A DNA stretch of 64,000 nucleotides. It comes from Leptogorgia sarmentosa (Eukaryota). Below are positions 1 through 12,158 of this stretch, piece by piece (position 1 is the stretch's first letter; every line of letters starts with the position of its first letter). The position numbers were made by a program, and so were the translations under genes. The stretch is taken from NCBI GenBank assembly GCA_964658305.1, contig OZ210884.1:248001-312000 (forward strand), given 5' to 3'. The notes below the pieces were generated by a model, which made no database searches, was not told the origin of the DNA, and worked only from the letters and a program-made list of their open reading frames with translations.

Positions 1-104
1 TTCCAGAATTCCAGTCACCCAGTCACACGTACACTTTCCAGTTCTTCGTCGTAACGATATTTGTTCTCATCCAAACGTAGATTGAGAGGAAAGAGAGAAG
101 ACTG

Positions 105-177
105 CGACCCCACCAGGATTCGAACCTGGAATCTTCTCATCCGAAGTGAGACGCCTTATCCGTTAGGCCATGAGGCC
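105..177 (-). tRNA. tRNA-Arg(TCG)
   Basis: Full cloverleaf GGCCTCATGG...TCTCA-CTTCGGA-TGAGA...GGTTCGAATCC...GGGGTCG. Confidence 0.95.
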
Positions 178-446
178 ACCTGATACCATCGCCCTCTAAA
201 ATCAAGAAATTTTACTTCTTGTAACTATCCAATCAACTCCCGGTTGAAAATTATCACAGATAAAAAACGACCCCGCCAGGATTCGAACCTGGAATCTTCT
301 GATCCGTAGTCAGACACCTTATCCATATACCCAATGGGAAGAAGTGAATTAGTTGACTGGATTAAAACAATAGCCGGTTTCCAAAATTATATTTCAAAAT
401 TGTTACAAATAAATTCAAAAATTGTTACAATTCCGGGCAACATCGT

Positions 447-529
447 TTTAGCGTTTGCCAAGTGGTTCAGAAGGCTGGTTTAAGGCACCAGTTATTTTGA
501 TGGCGTGGGTTCGAATCACACCACTGCCC
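447..529 (+). pseudogene. tRNA-Leu(AAG) pseudogene
   Basis: CTGGT-TTAAGGC-ACCAG anticodon arm; acceptor and D arm mutated. Confidence 0.8.
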
Positions 530-689
530 AAAAAACAAATTGTGTACCCAATCAGAAAACTCAGATGAACGTAGTACATAAATACCTTATTTTTATTATA
601 CCTAATGGGAAGAAGTGAATTAGTTGGCTGGATTAGAAAAATAGTTTCCAAAATTGGTCTTTGTGTTCAGGATCGACATTACACATCAA

Positions 690-761
690 AGGTCCTGCCG
701 AGTCTTGAACTCGGATTCTTGCATTCAGAGTCCAAAGTGCTAACCATTACACCACAGAACC
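690..761 (-). pseudogene. tRNA-Gln(CTG), anticodon stem damaged
   Basis: Paralog of the intact copy at 10384-10455; similar copies at 4305-4376, 34090-34161 and 36348-36419. Confidence 0.85.
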
Positions 762-890
762 AGTTATCATTTACTATACAAATAAATAGATTAACAAAAA
801 ACTGTCTTGGTTGTTCGCAAGATGCAAACTTCATTTCCCAAGTTCTGTCACCGCGAGATTTTGAAGATTACAGTCAAGAGAAAACGTATA

Positions 891-991
891 GTCAGATTGG
901 CCGAGCGGTCGAAGGCGCCGGACTTAAGAACAACTACGCTTAAGGTTACTGGTCCGCATTTGTGGCGTGGGTTCGAATCCCACACCTGACA
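891..991 (+). tRNA. intron-containing tRNA-Leu(TAA), diverged
   Basis: GTCAG...GACTTAAG-[~18 nt]-..CTGG...GGTTCGAATCCCACACCTGACA; further copies at 4506-4607 and ~34240-34329 (5' truncated). Confidence 0.8.
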
Positions 992-1079
992 AGAATGTGC
1001 TGGACGATTTTTTACTTTCTCCTACATCATACCATCTCGAAAAGAATACAAATATACAAAAGAAGAGGGAATAAACACA

Positions 1080-1151
1080 GCGTTGATGGTGTAATGGCTA
1101 GCATTGTTGCCTTACAAGCAATAGATCCGGGTTCGACTCCCGGTCAACGCA
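1080..1151 (+). tRNA. tRNA-Gly(TCC) body carrying a TAC (Val) anticodon
   Basis: Intact cloverleaf; loop CTTACAA versus CTTCCAA in paralogs at 34418 and 36738. Confidence 0.85.
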
Positions 1152-1928
1152 GAAGAATTAGCTTATTGTATATCTGACTTCATCGATAACAATAACAAAC
1201 CTTAGATTTTTTTACAATTCCAGGCAACATCCTTTGTAGCGTTTGCCGAGTGGTTTAAGAGCCTGCTTTCAGGCGCAAGTCGTTTCGATGACGTGGGTTG
1301 CAACCCCACTACTGCCATTTAATTTTCTTGGGAAAAATTATTACTGGTAACTACAGGACAATTTCCTAGGTCGGACGACTTTTTCTGCATTGCCAAGGAG
1401 AGGAATGACAGCGGTAGTGTGGCCGAGTGGTCCAAGGCGCTGCTTTCAGGTACCAGACATTTCGATGGGGCGGGTTCGCCTGCCACCACTGCCAAAAAAA
1501 ATTCGAACTGGAATCTTCTGATCCGTAACAGACAGCTTATCCATTGGGCCATGGGGCCAAAATTTATTTCCTGCGCCAATGACAAGCCACACTAATCGAA
1601 TTCTTATCGAAACAATGTCGTGGCCGGTGTGAGGATCGGACTCACGACCTTAGCGTTATTAGCACCACGCTCTGCCTACTGTGCCAACGGGCCAGTGGTG
1701 ACACTTCGCCCATCTCCATTAAAGTCCATTATACTTGGCAAGGATTGAAATTTTTATCGAACTTTCACATCTTTCAAAAATGTCCGCACGAAGGAGGTTA
1801 TTGAAGATAAAAAATATAAGGAGTTTAAGGACGATCTTCCAGAATTCCAGTCACACACTTTCCTGTACTTCGTTTTAACGATATTTATTCTCATCCAAAC
1901 GTAGTTTGAGAGAAAAGATAGAAGACTG

Positions 1929-2001
1929 CGGCCCTACCAGGATTCGAACCTGCAATCTTCTCATCCCAATTGAGACGCCTTATCCGTTAGGCCATGAGGC
2001 C
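1929..2001 (-). pseudogene. tRNA-Arg(TCG) body with TGG anticodon, degenerate
   Basis: Loop ATTGGGA instead of CTTCGGA; T-stem and acceptor mismatches. Confidence 0.75.
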
Positions 2002-2092
2002 ACCTGATACCTTCGCCCTCTGAACATCAAGAAATTTTTATTCTTATAACTAACCAATCAACTCCCGGTTGAAAACTATCACAGATAAAAAA

Positions 2093-2165
2093 CGACCCCG
2101 CCAGGATTCGAACCTGGAATCTTCTGATCCGTAGTCAGACACCTTATCCATTGGGCCACGAGGCC
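2093..2165 (-). tRNA. tRNA-Arg(ACG)
   Basis: Full cloverleaf, TCTGA-CTACGGA-TCAGA; further copies at 3433-3505, ~31643-31715 and 32302-32374. Confidence 0.95.
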
Positions 2166-2959
2166 TATGGCACAAAAGCCTTCTGGTGCGCGCAGTGCGG
2201 AGAAGCAAGCTACATTTCCATTGAAAAGGTAAATTTATTTCGTGCGCCAATGACAAGCCGCACTAATCGAATTCCCATCGAAACCATGTCGTTGCCTGTG
2301 TGAGGTTTGAACTCACGACCTTACCGTTATTAGCACCACGCTCTGCCTGCTGAGCTAACGGGGCAGTGGTGACACTTCGCCCATCTCCATTAAAGTTGTT
2401 ATGGATTAAAATTTTTATCGAACTTGCACATCATTCAAAAATGTCTGCACGAAGGAGATTATTGAAGATAAAAAATATATATTGAGGAGTTTAAGGACGA
2501 TCTTCCAGAATCCCAGTCACACACTTTCCTATGCTTCGTCTTAACAATACTTGTCCTTATCCAACAACACAGAATGAGAGAGAAGGTTGCGACCCCTCCT
2601 GGATTCGAACCTGGAATCTTCTCATCCGAAGTGAGACGTGAGACGCCTTATCCGTTAGCCATGAGGCCACCTAATGCCATCGCCCTCTAAAGATCAAGAA
2701 ATTCTAAATGTTGTAACGGTTCAATCACTTCCACTTTGAAAACTATAGCAGATAACGAACGACCCCGCCAGGATCGAAACCTGGAATCTGTTGGTTCGTA
2801 GTCAGACACATTATCCATTGGGCCACTGGGCCTATGCCACAAAAGCCTTCTGGTGGGCACACTGTGGAGAACCAAACTACATTTCCATTGATACGTACGC
2901 TCATGACAAGCTACACTAAAAAACGAAACCATGTCGAAACCATAGTCGAAACCATGTCG

Positions 2960-3032
2960 TGGCCCGTGTGAGGATCGAACTCACGACCTTAGCGTTATTA
3001 GCACCACGCTCTGCCTACTGAGCTAACGGGCC
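2960..3032 (-). tRNA. tRNA-Ile(AAT)
   Basis: GGCCCGTTAGCTCAG...CTAATAA...GTTCGATCCTCACACGGGCCA; copies at 1621, 2292, 3632, 30193(+), 31842 and 32501. Confidence 0.95.
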
Positions 3033-6000
3033 AGTTGTGACACTTCGCCCATCTCCATTCAAGTCTATTTTACCTGTTAAGGATTGAAATTTTTATCGAA
3101 CTTGCACATCATTCAAAAATGTCTGCACTATGGAGGTTATCGAAGATTAAAATACAAGGAGTTTAAGGACGATCCTCCAGAATTCGAGTCACACACTTTT
3201 TCCTGCACTTCGTCTGAACGATATTTCTTCCCCACCAAACGTAGATTTAGAGAAATGAGAGAAAACTGCGACACCACCAGGATTCGAACCTGGAATCTTC
3301 TCATCCGATGTGAGACGCCTAATACGTTAGACCATGAGCCCAACTGATACCATCGCCCTCTGAAGATCGAGAAATTCTAAATCTTGTAACGATCCAGACA
3401 CCTCCCAGTTGAAAACTATGACGGTTAAAAAACGACCCCGCCAGGATTGGAATCTGGAATCTTCTGATCCGTAGTCAGACACCTTATCCATTGTGCCACG
3501 GGGCTTGTGGCAAAAAAGCCTCCTGGTACGCATAGTGTGGAGAGCCAAACTACTTTTCCATTGAAAAAGAAAATTTATTTCGTGCGCCAATGACAAGCCA
3601 CACTAATCGAATTCTCATCGTAACCATGTCGTGGCCCGTGTGAGGATCGAACTCACGAACTAAGCGTTATTAGCACCACGCTCTGCCGACTGAGCCAACG
3701 GGCCAGTGTTGACACTTCGCCCATGTCCATTAAAGTCTATAATACTTGTTAATGATTGAAATTTTTGCCGAACTTGCACATAATTCAAAAATGTCTACAC
3801 GATGGTGGTTAGTGAAGATAAAAAATTATATGGAGTTTAAGGACGATCCTCCAGAATTCCAGTCACACACTTTCCTGTACTTCGTTTTAGCGATATTTGT
3901 TCTCATCCAAACGTAGATTGAGAGGAAAGAGAGAAAACTGCGACCCCATCAGGATTTGAACCTGGAGAATCTTCTCATCCTTCTCATCCGAAGTGAGACG
4001 CCTTATCCGTTATGCCATGAGGCCACCAAATACCAACGCCCTCTGTATATCAAGAAATTCTAATTCTTGTAACGATCCAATCACCTCCCGTTTGAAAACT
4101 ATGAGAGATAAAAAAACGACCCCGCTAGTGTGGCCGAGTTGTCAAAGGCGCTGGTTTTGTCTACCCATTCAGAAAGATCAGATGAAGGTAGTACAAAAAT
4201 ACCTTGTTTTATTATACCAAATGGGAAGAAGTGCAGTAGTTGGCAGGATTATAAAAATAGTTTCCAAAATTGTTCTTTGTGTCCAGGATCGACATACACA
4301 TCAAAGGTCCTACCGAGACTTGAACTCGGATTCTTGGATTCAGAGTCCAAAGTGCTGACCATTACACCACAGAACCAGTTTTTATTCACTATAAAAATAA
4401 ATAGATTAACAAAAAATTTTCCTGGCTGTTCCCAAGATGCAAATTTCATTTCCCAAATTTTTGTCCAGGCGAGCTTTTGAAGATTTCATCTTAGGAAAAG
4501 GTTAAATCTGGTTGGCCGACCAGTCCAAGGCGCTAGACTTAAGAACAACTCCGCTTAAGGTTTCTGGTCCACATTTGTGGGCTTGGGTTCGAATCTCACA
4601 CCTGACAAGAATGTGCTGGACGACTTTTTCTTTTTCCTACATCGTAGCGTTTCGAAAAAATACAAATATATAGAAGAAGAGGGAATAAACACAGCGTTAA
4701 TGGTGTAATAGCTAGCATTGTTGCCTTCCAAGCAATGTATCCGGGTTCGACTAACGGTCAACGCAGAGGAATTAGCTTTCCGCATTTCAGACTTCATTTA
4801 TATCAATAATAACCCTAGATTTTATTACAATTCCGGGCAACATCGTTTGTAGCGTTTGCCGAGTGGTTTTAGAGGCTGCTTTCAGCCACCAGTCGTTTTG
4901 ATGGCGTGGGTTGAACCCCACCTCTGCCATTTAATTTCATGGAAAAATTATTACTGATAACTACAGGACACTGGTTGAGGTAAGACGACTGTTTCTTCAT
5001 TGCCAAAGGTAGGAATGACATCGGTAGTGTGGCCGAGTGATCTATATGGCCGGCGCTGGTTTCAGGTACCAGTCATTTTGATAGCGTGGGTTCGAATCCC
5101 ACCACTGCCAAAGAAACAAATTGTGTACCCAATCAGAAAACTCAGATGAAGGTAGTACATAAGTACCTTGTTTCATTATACCCAATAGGAAGAATTGTTC
5201 CATGGCCGTTCCATTATTAGTCTAACGAACACTCCAATAGACTCCTGAACTCAAGCAAACCAGGCAAACTTTCTCCAGTAGCTTTATTCACGAGGTTGTA
5301 TACATGCAGTTAAACTGTTAAATGCATACATAAAGTATGAAGAAATAAATTGAAGGATAAATTGAAGAAAATCATTACAAAGATTGTGTTACTAGAGAAA
5401 TGTGCTGTCCAGCCCTTATATCCACTGATCTCGTACTACTGGATTTATCATCCTTTTGAATTCAGTCAGGAATTTTGAAGTTAGAAAATTTGTAATGACA
5501 TAAGATTCTAAAATGAGTGAAATCGATCGCAGATTCCGTAAATGGTATCACAACATTCATGGTCGGATTATAAAGAAAATGTCTTTTGCAGTTCAAGACA
5601 TAGACAGAGCTTGTGCTAACTTTTCTAGTGCTTTCTAGAACGTTTTAAAAACTTTGTAAAGAATCACACAGCGTCCGTCTTCGTGTGACCTCATTATTTA
5701 TTCACGGGCAAATTTAAGAAGGAAAAAGACACCATTTTTGGAGGAAATTTAATCAGACAATGTTTATTTAAATATTTTAAATAATAAAACTGTAGGAACT
5801 TCAAAAACACCACAGTTGGATTTTAGATGGTGTCACAAATATGGCCACATTTGGTTCATTTATGCATTACCGAAGCTTTGTCCTGTCACATTCTAGGTCT
5901 GTTCTTAATACATATATCTCGGAAATTAAAACGTAAAACCTAATCTAGAACATATATATTAACTAATTTGTTGTGCTCTATCCCAATCTTCAAAAACTGC

Positions 6001-6559
6001 ATAACTTCCGGTTTATAATCGCTTTAAGTATCACGCATAATATAACTAACTAAACCTATTTGCAAAGTCATTCATGTGCGTGTTATTAGTTACATTCACC
6101 CGACGGCAAAAATCTATTGTCCGGCTTGCTTCAGAATTATGTGTTTCTCCACCGGAAACTTTCAACTATGAGTTCGATCAACCATAATGCAGGTGGGTAA
6201 ATCAAGGACTATTTGAAACTTCTAAATACTTTTAAGTCTTTGATGCGACTACAGGATTTTTTACTATATTCATTCACACAATAATTTATATGTGTGAAAT
6301 ATCGGTTTTAAATGAGATTATATTTTTCCCGAAAAACAACAGCATTCACTCGCGAATGCGTCAAATATTGAATTTGATTTACGTGTTAGCTCTGAAATTG
6401 TCTTGGCTAGCTTTACAGGATATTTTCTGTTCTGATTATGTATACATATATAAAATTATGTTCGTTAAAGGGTTACAGAGTTTGACGGAATGCAAAATGA
6501 ATGCAAAACACTCCGGGTAACAATTGACCTGCAAATGTGGCAGCATGAATCTCTGCTAT

Positions 6560-6970
6560 TCGTCGTGTCGAAGCGTTTCTTGAACAAAATACACATTTTG
6601 ATCTATAACGCTATTGTCTGTCCGTACGTTCACTACAGGCTATTGCAGTAAAGTAAGGATCCGGAAGGTATTTAGTGAAACGCAATCAAAACGACTTCAA
6701 AAACTGCAAATTATAGAGCAGCTAGAATTAATCTGAATATAAGCAATGACATAGATCATACGATTGTTCCATAATCGCTCATCAATCCATTTTCGTATCA
6801 AAGTTTCATAACAAATTATCAACTTCGAGACATTTCAAGTTCTCTTCGCTCAAATAAATAACATAAAAAATAGTTTTATGCTCAACGGGGTACACCTTTG
6901 ATATTCTAGTCCAAAAGAAATCAGAAGCAGAAAGCAAGTCCCGTACTTCTTTTCGAAATATAATCGCAGC
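6560..6970 (+). mobile_element. decayed 3' part of a CR1/L2-like LINE ORF2
   Basis: Manual translation gives LIYNAIVCPYVHY and KRLQKLQ..RAARI, similar to post-RT motifs of CR1/L2 LINEs; frameshifted. Confidence 0.55.
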
Positions 6971-7761
6971 TCACTCTAATGCTGTAAAACTGCTGAAACT
7001 ATAGATTATTCGACCGGGTACAATTATTTTCAGGCTCACGGGGGTGTAGAAATCAGCCACCGTCAACGGGATCAGCGTGTATACATACATAAAGATCTAT
7101 ACTACGTTCTTTCGTAGATCTTTTGTTTCAACTTCCTTTTTCAAATTGCTATATTTTTGATCTCATCTTTTTCTTAACGGTATTTTGCTACAGTAAGTTT
7201 CCCATCCATGTGCCTTCACGACATGAAGGATGTCAACACATTGCAATTTCTCAGGCCATTTTTCGGCCGCTTTTATCTGCTGATTTCCAAATAAAGTTGA
7301 AGCCCGTTTCATTCATGAGATTACTTCCCTCATTGTTTGATTTTGACGCAAATTAGACGTCTAAAACGAGCCTAACTAGTCGCGCTGTGTGAACATACCT
7401 CAAGATTTAAACCTCAGCTGACGTTTTAGGTGATTAGCTTTCAATTGACACAGAATTTCTGTTCCTTTCTACTAAACTGTCTTTCCATGAGCTTAGTGAA
7501 AGACTGTTCTCAGCCCACTGCAAGTTTTTAGTCTAGAGTAAACGTATACATAATAGAGAAATCTAGCGATCTAAAAAATTTGAAAATAAGTAAAGAAACA
7601 AAAATCCATCGCTACAATTGGCAAAAGTGTGTCGAAATTAGTAAACTGCAATGATTGGGAAAGAATTATTATGGCCATACAAATTAAAGTTCGTGCAATG
7701 TACGTACAATATATCAGGTGAAAGTGATTGAATTTCGGATAAAATGGGTGTGATTTAGCTA

Positions 7762-7992
7762 AGGCCGTTTTCCATTGCAGTCGCTTTGCCCGCACGGGTA
7801 GAGCAAACATATTCCAACTTTTGCTATGGGTGTCTAATCTGAGCATTCTCTGTCTAATTTTCCCCGCGCGGAGACGCTTAGAAGTGGAACTACGGTCAAC
7901 TTTCTTGGCGTGCCCCCGCGACTGATTTTTGACGAGGTTAAAATCGTTCGCTCCGCCCGCGCGGGCAAAACGACTGTAATAGAAAACGGCCT
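7762..7992. mobile_element. MITE, PIF/Harbinger-like
   Basis: Imperfect ~35-bp TIR AGGCCGTTTTCCATTGCAGTCG / CGACTGTAATAGAAAACGGCCT; CTA/TTA flanks. Confidence 0.7.
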
Positions 7993-8217
7993 TTATTACA
8001 CTATATTAGTCTTTTATTCACAACAGTGAATGACTTATTTTTGCGTTTTCGATATCAGCGATGTATTTTCCTACCTGGATTTGAAGAAAATTTCTATTGC
8101 TGCACCTGTAAAGATTACTTGTCGTCTGAAGGAAATTTTCTAATGATTGGCAGGCTACACCGCTGAAGCGTCGCATACTTGAATACTTCAAATAAAAATT
8201 TTACTTCCTTCATGCAG

Positions 8218-8803
8218 GTCATCCTGACCACTCAATAGTTACAGCAATGGACATCAAATCAAATGGGAAATTTGCTCTGTCTGGAAGCAGTTCGGGAACA
8301 TTGTCGCTGGTCGACATAGAGTGTTCTAAACAAGTTCAATTCGCAAAGACCGAATCTGGAGTCGCCATACGTTTTGTCTCCGTATTAAGTGATGATGTCC
8401 GTTTCGTTTTTGTTGACGAGGCAAACAGGATCGAACTAAGAACTTTTAATGATACCCGGGCCAGTATGAAATTAGGTCAACCAGACGTTAAAGTCACTTG
8501 CATTACTGCTCTTGGTTCAAACCATGCATTGCTTGGTTGTGATGACGGAGAACTGTTATGGTTTCATCTTAACAATAACTCGAAGTTGAAATTCCCAGCA
8601 CACAAGGATGCCATTTCTCAAGTTAGAGGCGAGCTACGAGGTCATGATCGTTCACATCGCTGTGAATCTTTGGAAAGTTGTAGAAAACTCGCCGACGTTA
8701 ATTAATATGGACACATGACCACATTAGTTCTAATTCCATTACCGCGTTAGAATTCCTGCCCTGCTCGGATGCATATGATATCATAGTTGCTTCTGACGAC
8801 GAG
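8218..8803 (+). pseudogene. WD40-repeat exon, apparently frame-disrupted
   Basis: Pyrimidine tract plus CAG acceptor at 8217 and GTATGT donor at 8804; HPDHSIVTAMDIKSNGKFALSGSSSGTLSLVD, VTCITALG..LLGCDDGEL, FPAHKDAISQV; WD-like SITALEF..DIIVASDDE resumes in another frame. Confidence 0.7.
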
Positions 8804-9011
8804 GTATGTATACATTTTCCAAACGAGATTGTTAAACGTTATTTTTGGCCGCGTTACTTGTTGCATAGGTTAAGCTGGAATTCAAATTTCGTGATGTCTC
8901 TTTACCGAACAAGATTGTCAAACGTTATTTTTAGGGCTTAATACTTGTTGTAGTTCAGCTGCACTTCAAATTTTATTTATTGTAGTACATGAAAAATAAC
9001 ACATACCATGC

Positions 9012-10025
9012 TCATTGCGAAGCGTTTCTAGAAATGTTGCGAATTAACTTTGTTCCAAGCATTATCTTGGAAATCGGGAGACAAATTTGGGAGAAAGCCC
9101 CTAGTTCAGCCCTTGACTGGAAGAACACAACCAAATGAATGGTGGTGTTGAAGTCGTGTGCATGTTTGTTTTTTCGCTGATCGACGTTTTGTGCACTGTG
9201 GAAAGTGTAAGAAAAAAATAAAAAGATGGTGTGGGGAAGGGGAAGGTGGTTGCTTGCACGGGATGCCTTCGTGTCTTGCACAGACTAAACATTTATTTAA
9301 GACTTTCTTCACACTTGCTCGTCCACGCAGGATCCAGAAACGTTCTCGCATCGTCGTTAACGTAGATCTAACGCCTCCATGCTTTACTGAATCGTGAACA
9401 TTCACGACCAACAACTCAACAAAGGGACTCTTCGAGGGCATAAGGATTGTATTCTTGTAACTGCTTGACAAAGTGAATTGTTGAGACGCCCTTTACAACT
9501 TATTACACCAAATTCGTCGCAAAAGAGACCGAACTGAATCATATTGTAAGTGCTTAACTTTCTTCACCAAAATGGCATACTCGTTAGGGAATGCAGTACG
9601 TTGCACAGAGCTCATCCATGATGTTTCGGCTTCGCTAATGTCCCTTCCAATGAGCTCGTTCGTATCTCTACCTTGTCGATCATCGTGCTTGACTCTTGCG
9701 TTTCGTATAAATCGGAGAACGTACGCGGTAACTCGTAGCAACCGTCTTAAACTGCTGTATCGTTCGATGTCCGTAACATTGCCTAAAGTGTGTTCGTTTG
9801 CAGTCAGGGAATGAGTAACAACAGGCTGTCGTTTAACCATTTCCAACGAAGCATCCTCTGTAATATCTCTGCCTTGAGCCATTGGGTTGTAGCGACTGGC
9901 GGAGAAATTTTGGACCAACCCCCCAAGCTTCGTTGGACACCAGCTCCTTTGCTTCGAGCACACGTGATGGAAGGTCGGCCGGATTCTCAGTGCCTGGACA
10001 GAAACGCCACGATTCGATCGATGTT
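9012..10025 (-). mobile_element. BEL/Pao LTR-retrotransposon pol relic (RNase H end to integrase)
   Basis: WRFCPGTENPADLPSR, SSLRRLLRVTAYVLRF, and HDSVKHGGVRSTL..RERFWILRGRASVKKVLNKCLVC (HHCC zinc domain); several frameshifts. Confidence 0.9.
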
Positions 10026-10383
10026 AAATTTACTCTCTTTTGCGTGCTGACACGATTAATAAAGATCTAATTCCAGGACAGTAAAACTATATTCACGATA
10101 GCCTTAAAAACCATGAATAATGGTAAAAACCATTTGATCGTGGAAAGAGTTTTTCCATTGGTTTTTAAATTCTTGATTTTCACTTCTTTATAACTTTATT
10201 CGTTAAAAGAGCTTTTGGCAGAGTATCCCTTTTGTAATTAAAATAACTGGTTCGCTTTCGCTTTCATTTTTTTTCTTGGATCAATTTCTGTCAATTAACT
10301 CCGAATTTGGAAAATGAATGGTGGAAGAGAAAGGTAATAAATTTGGTGACCTTCAAATAACCTTTAAATCTTCTGTCCAATAT

Positions 10384-10455
10384 AGGTTCTGCCGAGACTT
10401 GAACTCGGATCGCTGGATTCAGAGTCCAAAGTGCTAACCATTACACCACAGAACC
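10384..10455 (-). tRNA. tRNA-Gln(CTG)
   Basis: Intact cloverleaf; identical mirror copy at 57048-57119. Confidence 0.95.
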
Positions 10456-10979
10456 TTAACACGACCGTGCCATTGTTTCCTCATTTTTTAATATTTTTCT
10501 TTCTTTCACACCCAAAGGCATCTCTTCAAAAGGCGTGGATATTTAGTAAAGGGAAATCATATACTTGACAAGTTTAAGGTTAAGGTGGCGTGCCCGAGTC
10601 GCCTAAGGCACTGGTTTTTGGCACCTGTGATTTCGAATCCCACCGCTGCCAAATTTTCATTGTTCAGGGACATTGTGGTTTATTGAGCTGATATAAGTTT
10701 CAAAACGTGATGCTTCTTATCCAAATTTTGTGAAAACTCGTAATTTTATCCAGGAAAAAACAAAGAGTAAAAATGATTTTTTTCTGATATCACCCTCTTT
10801 TGGTCGAAACTATTTGATAGCCAGCAACTATTGGATCTTGGACAGAGTTTTTGAATTGTATTCTAAATTCTTGATCATTCTTTGCTCTTTTATAATTTTA
10901 CTCCTCGCTAACCCAGAATATTTTCATTATGTTGCATTTCAATTTATATTACATTATACAGAAAATATTGTCTTTTATT

Positions 10980-11680
10980 TTTTTCCGGTCCGTAACTCCC
11001 GGTCCGTAACCTAAATAGAGCTTTCCGATTGGTTGCCGAGCGGTCCGTATCCTACGGTACGGACCGCTCGCATTCTCGTAGATACAAATATAGTCAATGT
11101 TTTTGTTTTTTAAAATTGAATGGCCGCTTTTTAAAACATTCAAAACGAATTTAGGCGATAAAGAACACATGAAAGTTCATTCCATTATGCTAAGGGATAT
11201 TTTAGGGGGTATTTGCAGCGACAAAAACTCATAAGTATCAACAAAGTCTCATCACTTTGAACAAAACAAAACATTCTCGGCGAAATGTTTTGGTGTCTAA
11301 AGCGTATTTTAACCATGTTTGTATCGTGAAACGAACGGGAAAATAAATAATTTTAATAAGTTTACCTTTTTCGTAGTAATGTTGAGTGGGAAAGCGTCAA
11401 TATTGAAGCAAATGCGTCAATATTGAAGGGTTTTTTCTAACTTCGTGTTGGCTGTTTAGCAGCCATACTTGCGATAGAGTAGCAAAGTAAACAAACACAA
11501 CTGATCTCAAAATCTAGTTCGCAACACTGGAATTTTTGACGAATTTTATCATAACATCGAGGTGAAAAAAATAAATAAGTTATTTACCATTTAGGTCGGT
11601 CCGTACTAGAAAATATTTTGTCTCGGTCTCAAAAACGTCCCTCTTCCAGTACGGACCTCCCGGCTGGTAAATAACACATA
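10980..11680. mobile_element. interspersed repeat with internal palindromes (GGTCCGTA motifs)
   Basis: GCGGTCCGTATCCTACGGTACGGACCGC hairpin and a terminal hairpin at ~11580-11672; mirror copy ~55815-56525; boundaries approximate. Confidence 0.55.
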
Positions 11681-11689
11681 TTTCTTTTT

Positions 11690-11994
11690 TCTTTTGCTTT
11701 TCCAATCCAGGCCCAAACACTAATTCTAACCCTAACAACAAGATGTTGAGAAAAAAAGATTGAAAGGAAACAAACAAAATGACAAAAAATAAACAAAATT
11801 ACAAAAAGCCAACACGCAAGAATCGAACCTGCGGGGTCGCTGCTCACGAGTTGGGACCAGAAACTCTGAGCCAACGAAGCTCGACAAAATTATCGGTAAA
11901 AACCTTTTATATGAATAGATTTTGCAATACAACATATAAAGTACGTGCGGTTATTAGGTATCCCAAAGAAAGTAATCACAAAAAATTTTTCTGC
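11690..11994 (-). mobile_element. truncated element with Pol III A/B-box cassette and TAACCC-like motif
   Basis: Minus strand: GCAGAAAAATTTTTT terminus, TATAAAA, TGGCTCAGAG, GGTTCGATTC, T-runs, GTTAGGGTTAG; copies at ~41313-41600 and ~55499-55800. Confidence 0.6.
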
Positions 11995-12086
11995 CTTCTG
12001 GCCACGCTGTCTCTAGAAAATTTCTTCCAAATTCAAATTAAAAATATTATCGTTATTTTCACATTCCGAGAAAAGATAAATGTTTC

Positions 12087-12158
12087 TCCCATGTGGTCCA
12101 GTGGCCAGGATCTGGCGCTCTCACGGACAAGGCCCGGGTTCGATTCCCGGCATGGAAT
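12087..12158 (+). pseudogene. tRNA-Glu(CTC), degenerate
   Basis: TCCCATGTGGTCCAGTGG...CTCTCAC...; related copies at 14656-14727, 43497-43568, 52391-52464 and 55327-55406. Confidence 0.8.

Larger units (their letters stand above)
1500..4125 (-). repeat. ~670-bp tandem unit Arg(ACG)/Arg(TCG)/Ile(AAT), about 4 copies
   Basis: Ile(AAT) genes at 1621, 2292, 2960 and 3632 (spacing 671/668/672) with homologous spacers; the unit recurs at ~29.8-32.8 kb and ~37.6-38.2 kb. Confidence 0.92.

Noticed and set aside
2590..4024. Extra bases in Arg(TCG) genes as possible introns
   Set aside because: They are 7- and 9-bp tandem duplications of adjacent sequence (GTGAGAC, CTTCTCATC), i.e. slippage lesions.
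1500..4125. CRISPR-like array of regularly spaced repeats
   Set aside because: The repeats are tRNAs, the spacers are homologous to each other, no cas genes are present and the context is eukaryotic.
448..5200. Many short ORFs in the ORF track, here and throughout the tRNA blocks
   Set aside because: They are translations of tRNA genes and spacers (e.g. WVRIP = GGGTTCGAATCCC). Their recurrence reflects DNA duplication, not protein conservation.
5200..5420. Possible solo LTR at the cluster boundary
   Set aside because: No second copy, primer-binding site or TSD could be identified.
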